From Vicugna vicugna (Eukaryota): a DNA stretch of 64,000 nucleotides. The stretch is from NCBI GenBank assembly GCA_013265495.1, contig MU061579.1:7292124-7356123 (forward strand), read 5' to 3'. How positions within the stretch are numbered: the stretch's first letter is position 1; each line of letters begins with the position of its first letter. Below, piece after piece: positions 63,501-64,000 of this stretch. A program made the translations under genes and the position numbers. The notes under the pieces are model-generated. The model was given only the letters and a program-made list of their open reading frames with translations, made no database searches and was not told where the DNA came from.

Positions 63501-64000
63501 TTCTTCCATTTAGCAAGATATTTTAAGCATTTTCCCAAGATAATCAAATGCTACTCTAAAACGCATATTCTATTTATGGTTACTGTTCAAAGTTTGTTTT
63601 AATATAATTGTATTTCTGTTGCTGGCCACGGAGAGATGTAACTTATCTATTTGAAATTTATTAATAGTTTGCCCCCCAAAATTTTAATGGGGGCCTTCTT
63701 TGTGCCTGGGAATTCAAAGGGACTCTATGCTGCTCTGGCAGGAGCTGAAGAATTGAGGCTGCAGGACCTCTATATTGGAGGGCCGAGCTCTCAGGAGCAA
63801 AAAAGGAAACATCTCAACCCCCATATTAAGACGAATACTTCTGTTGTTAATTTCTTACCACCATTCAGCACATTCCATTTGCTAGTCTTTTATTCTTGAT
63901 GCTCTTTCTGCCTGAAAGCAGTTTTGCAGCTTCCAGGTATGCGGCAACAGCTAGACCCCAACAAGCTACACGAGGCTGGACTAGATGGAGAAAAGCAGAA

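Overview
Mammalian non-coding DNA rich in repeats, very probably camelid (alpaca/llama/camel), judged from four vic-1-type tRNA-derived SINEs. I see no intact protein-coding gene. The only host-gene homology is a full-length RPL36 processed pseudogene (28111-28527). The rest is mostly layered transposon fossils: young and old L1, L2, MIR, MaLR/ERVL LTRs, a deleted MLT1 provirus and MER DNA transposons, with a 675-N gap inside a young L1. Repeat family names are recognised from memory of consensus sequences, not from a database search, so subfamily calls and many boundaries are approximate. I found no new biological system. Most notable observations: (1) the RPL36 retrocopy has gained GC and CpG instead of decaying (about 12 weak-to-strong versus 2-3 strong-to-weak amino-acid-changing substitutions), suggesting GC-biased gene conversion or A-to-I editing; (2) a ~1.2 kb TSD-flanked, poly(A)-tailed retro-insertion of anonymous non-L1 sequence; (3) a SINE carrying ~110 bp of L1 ORF2 within one TSD pair, later partly tandem-duplicated; (4) a twin-primed, tail-less L1; (5) two candidate minus-strand non-coding exons.
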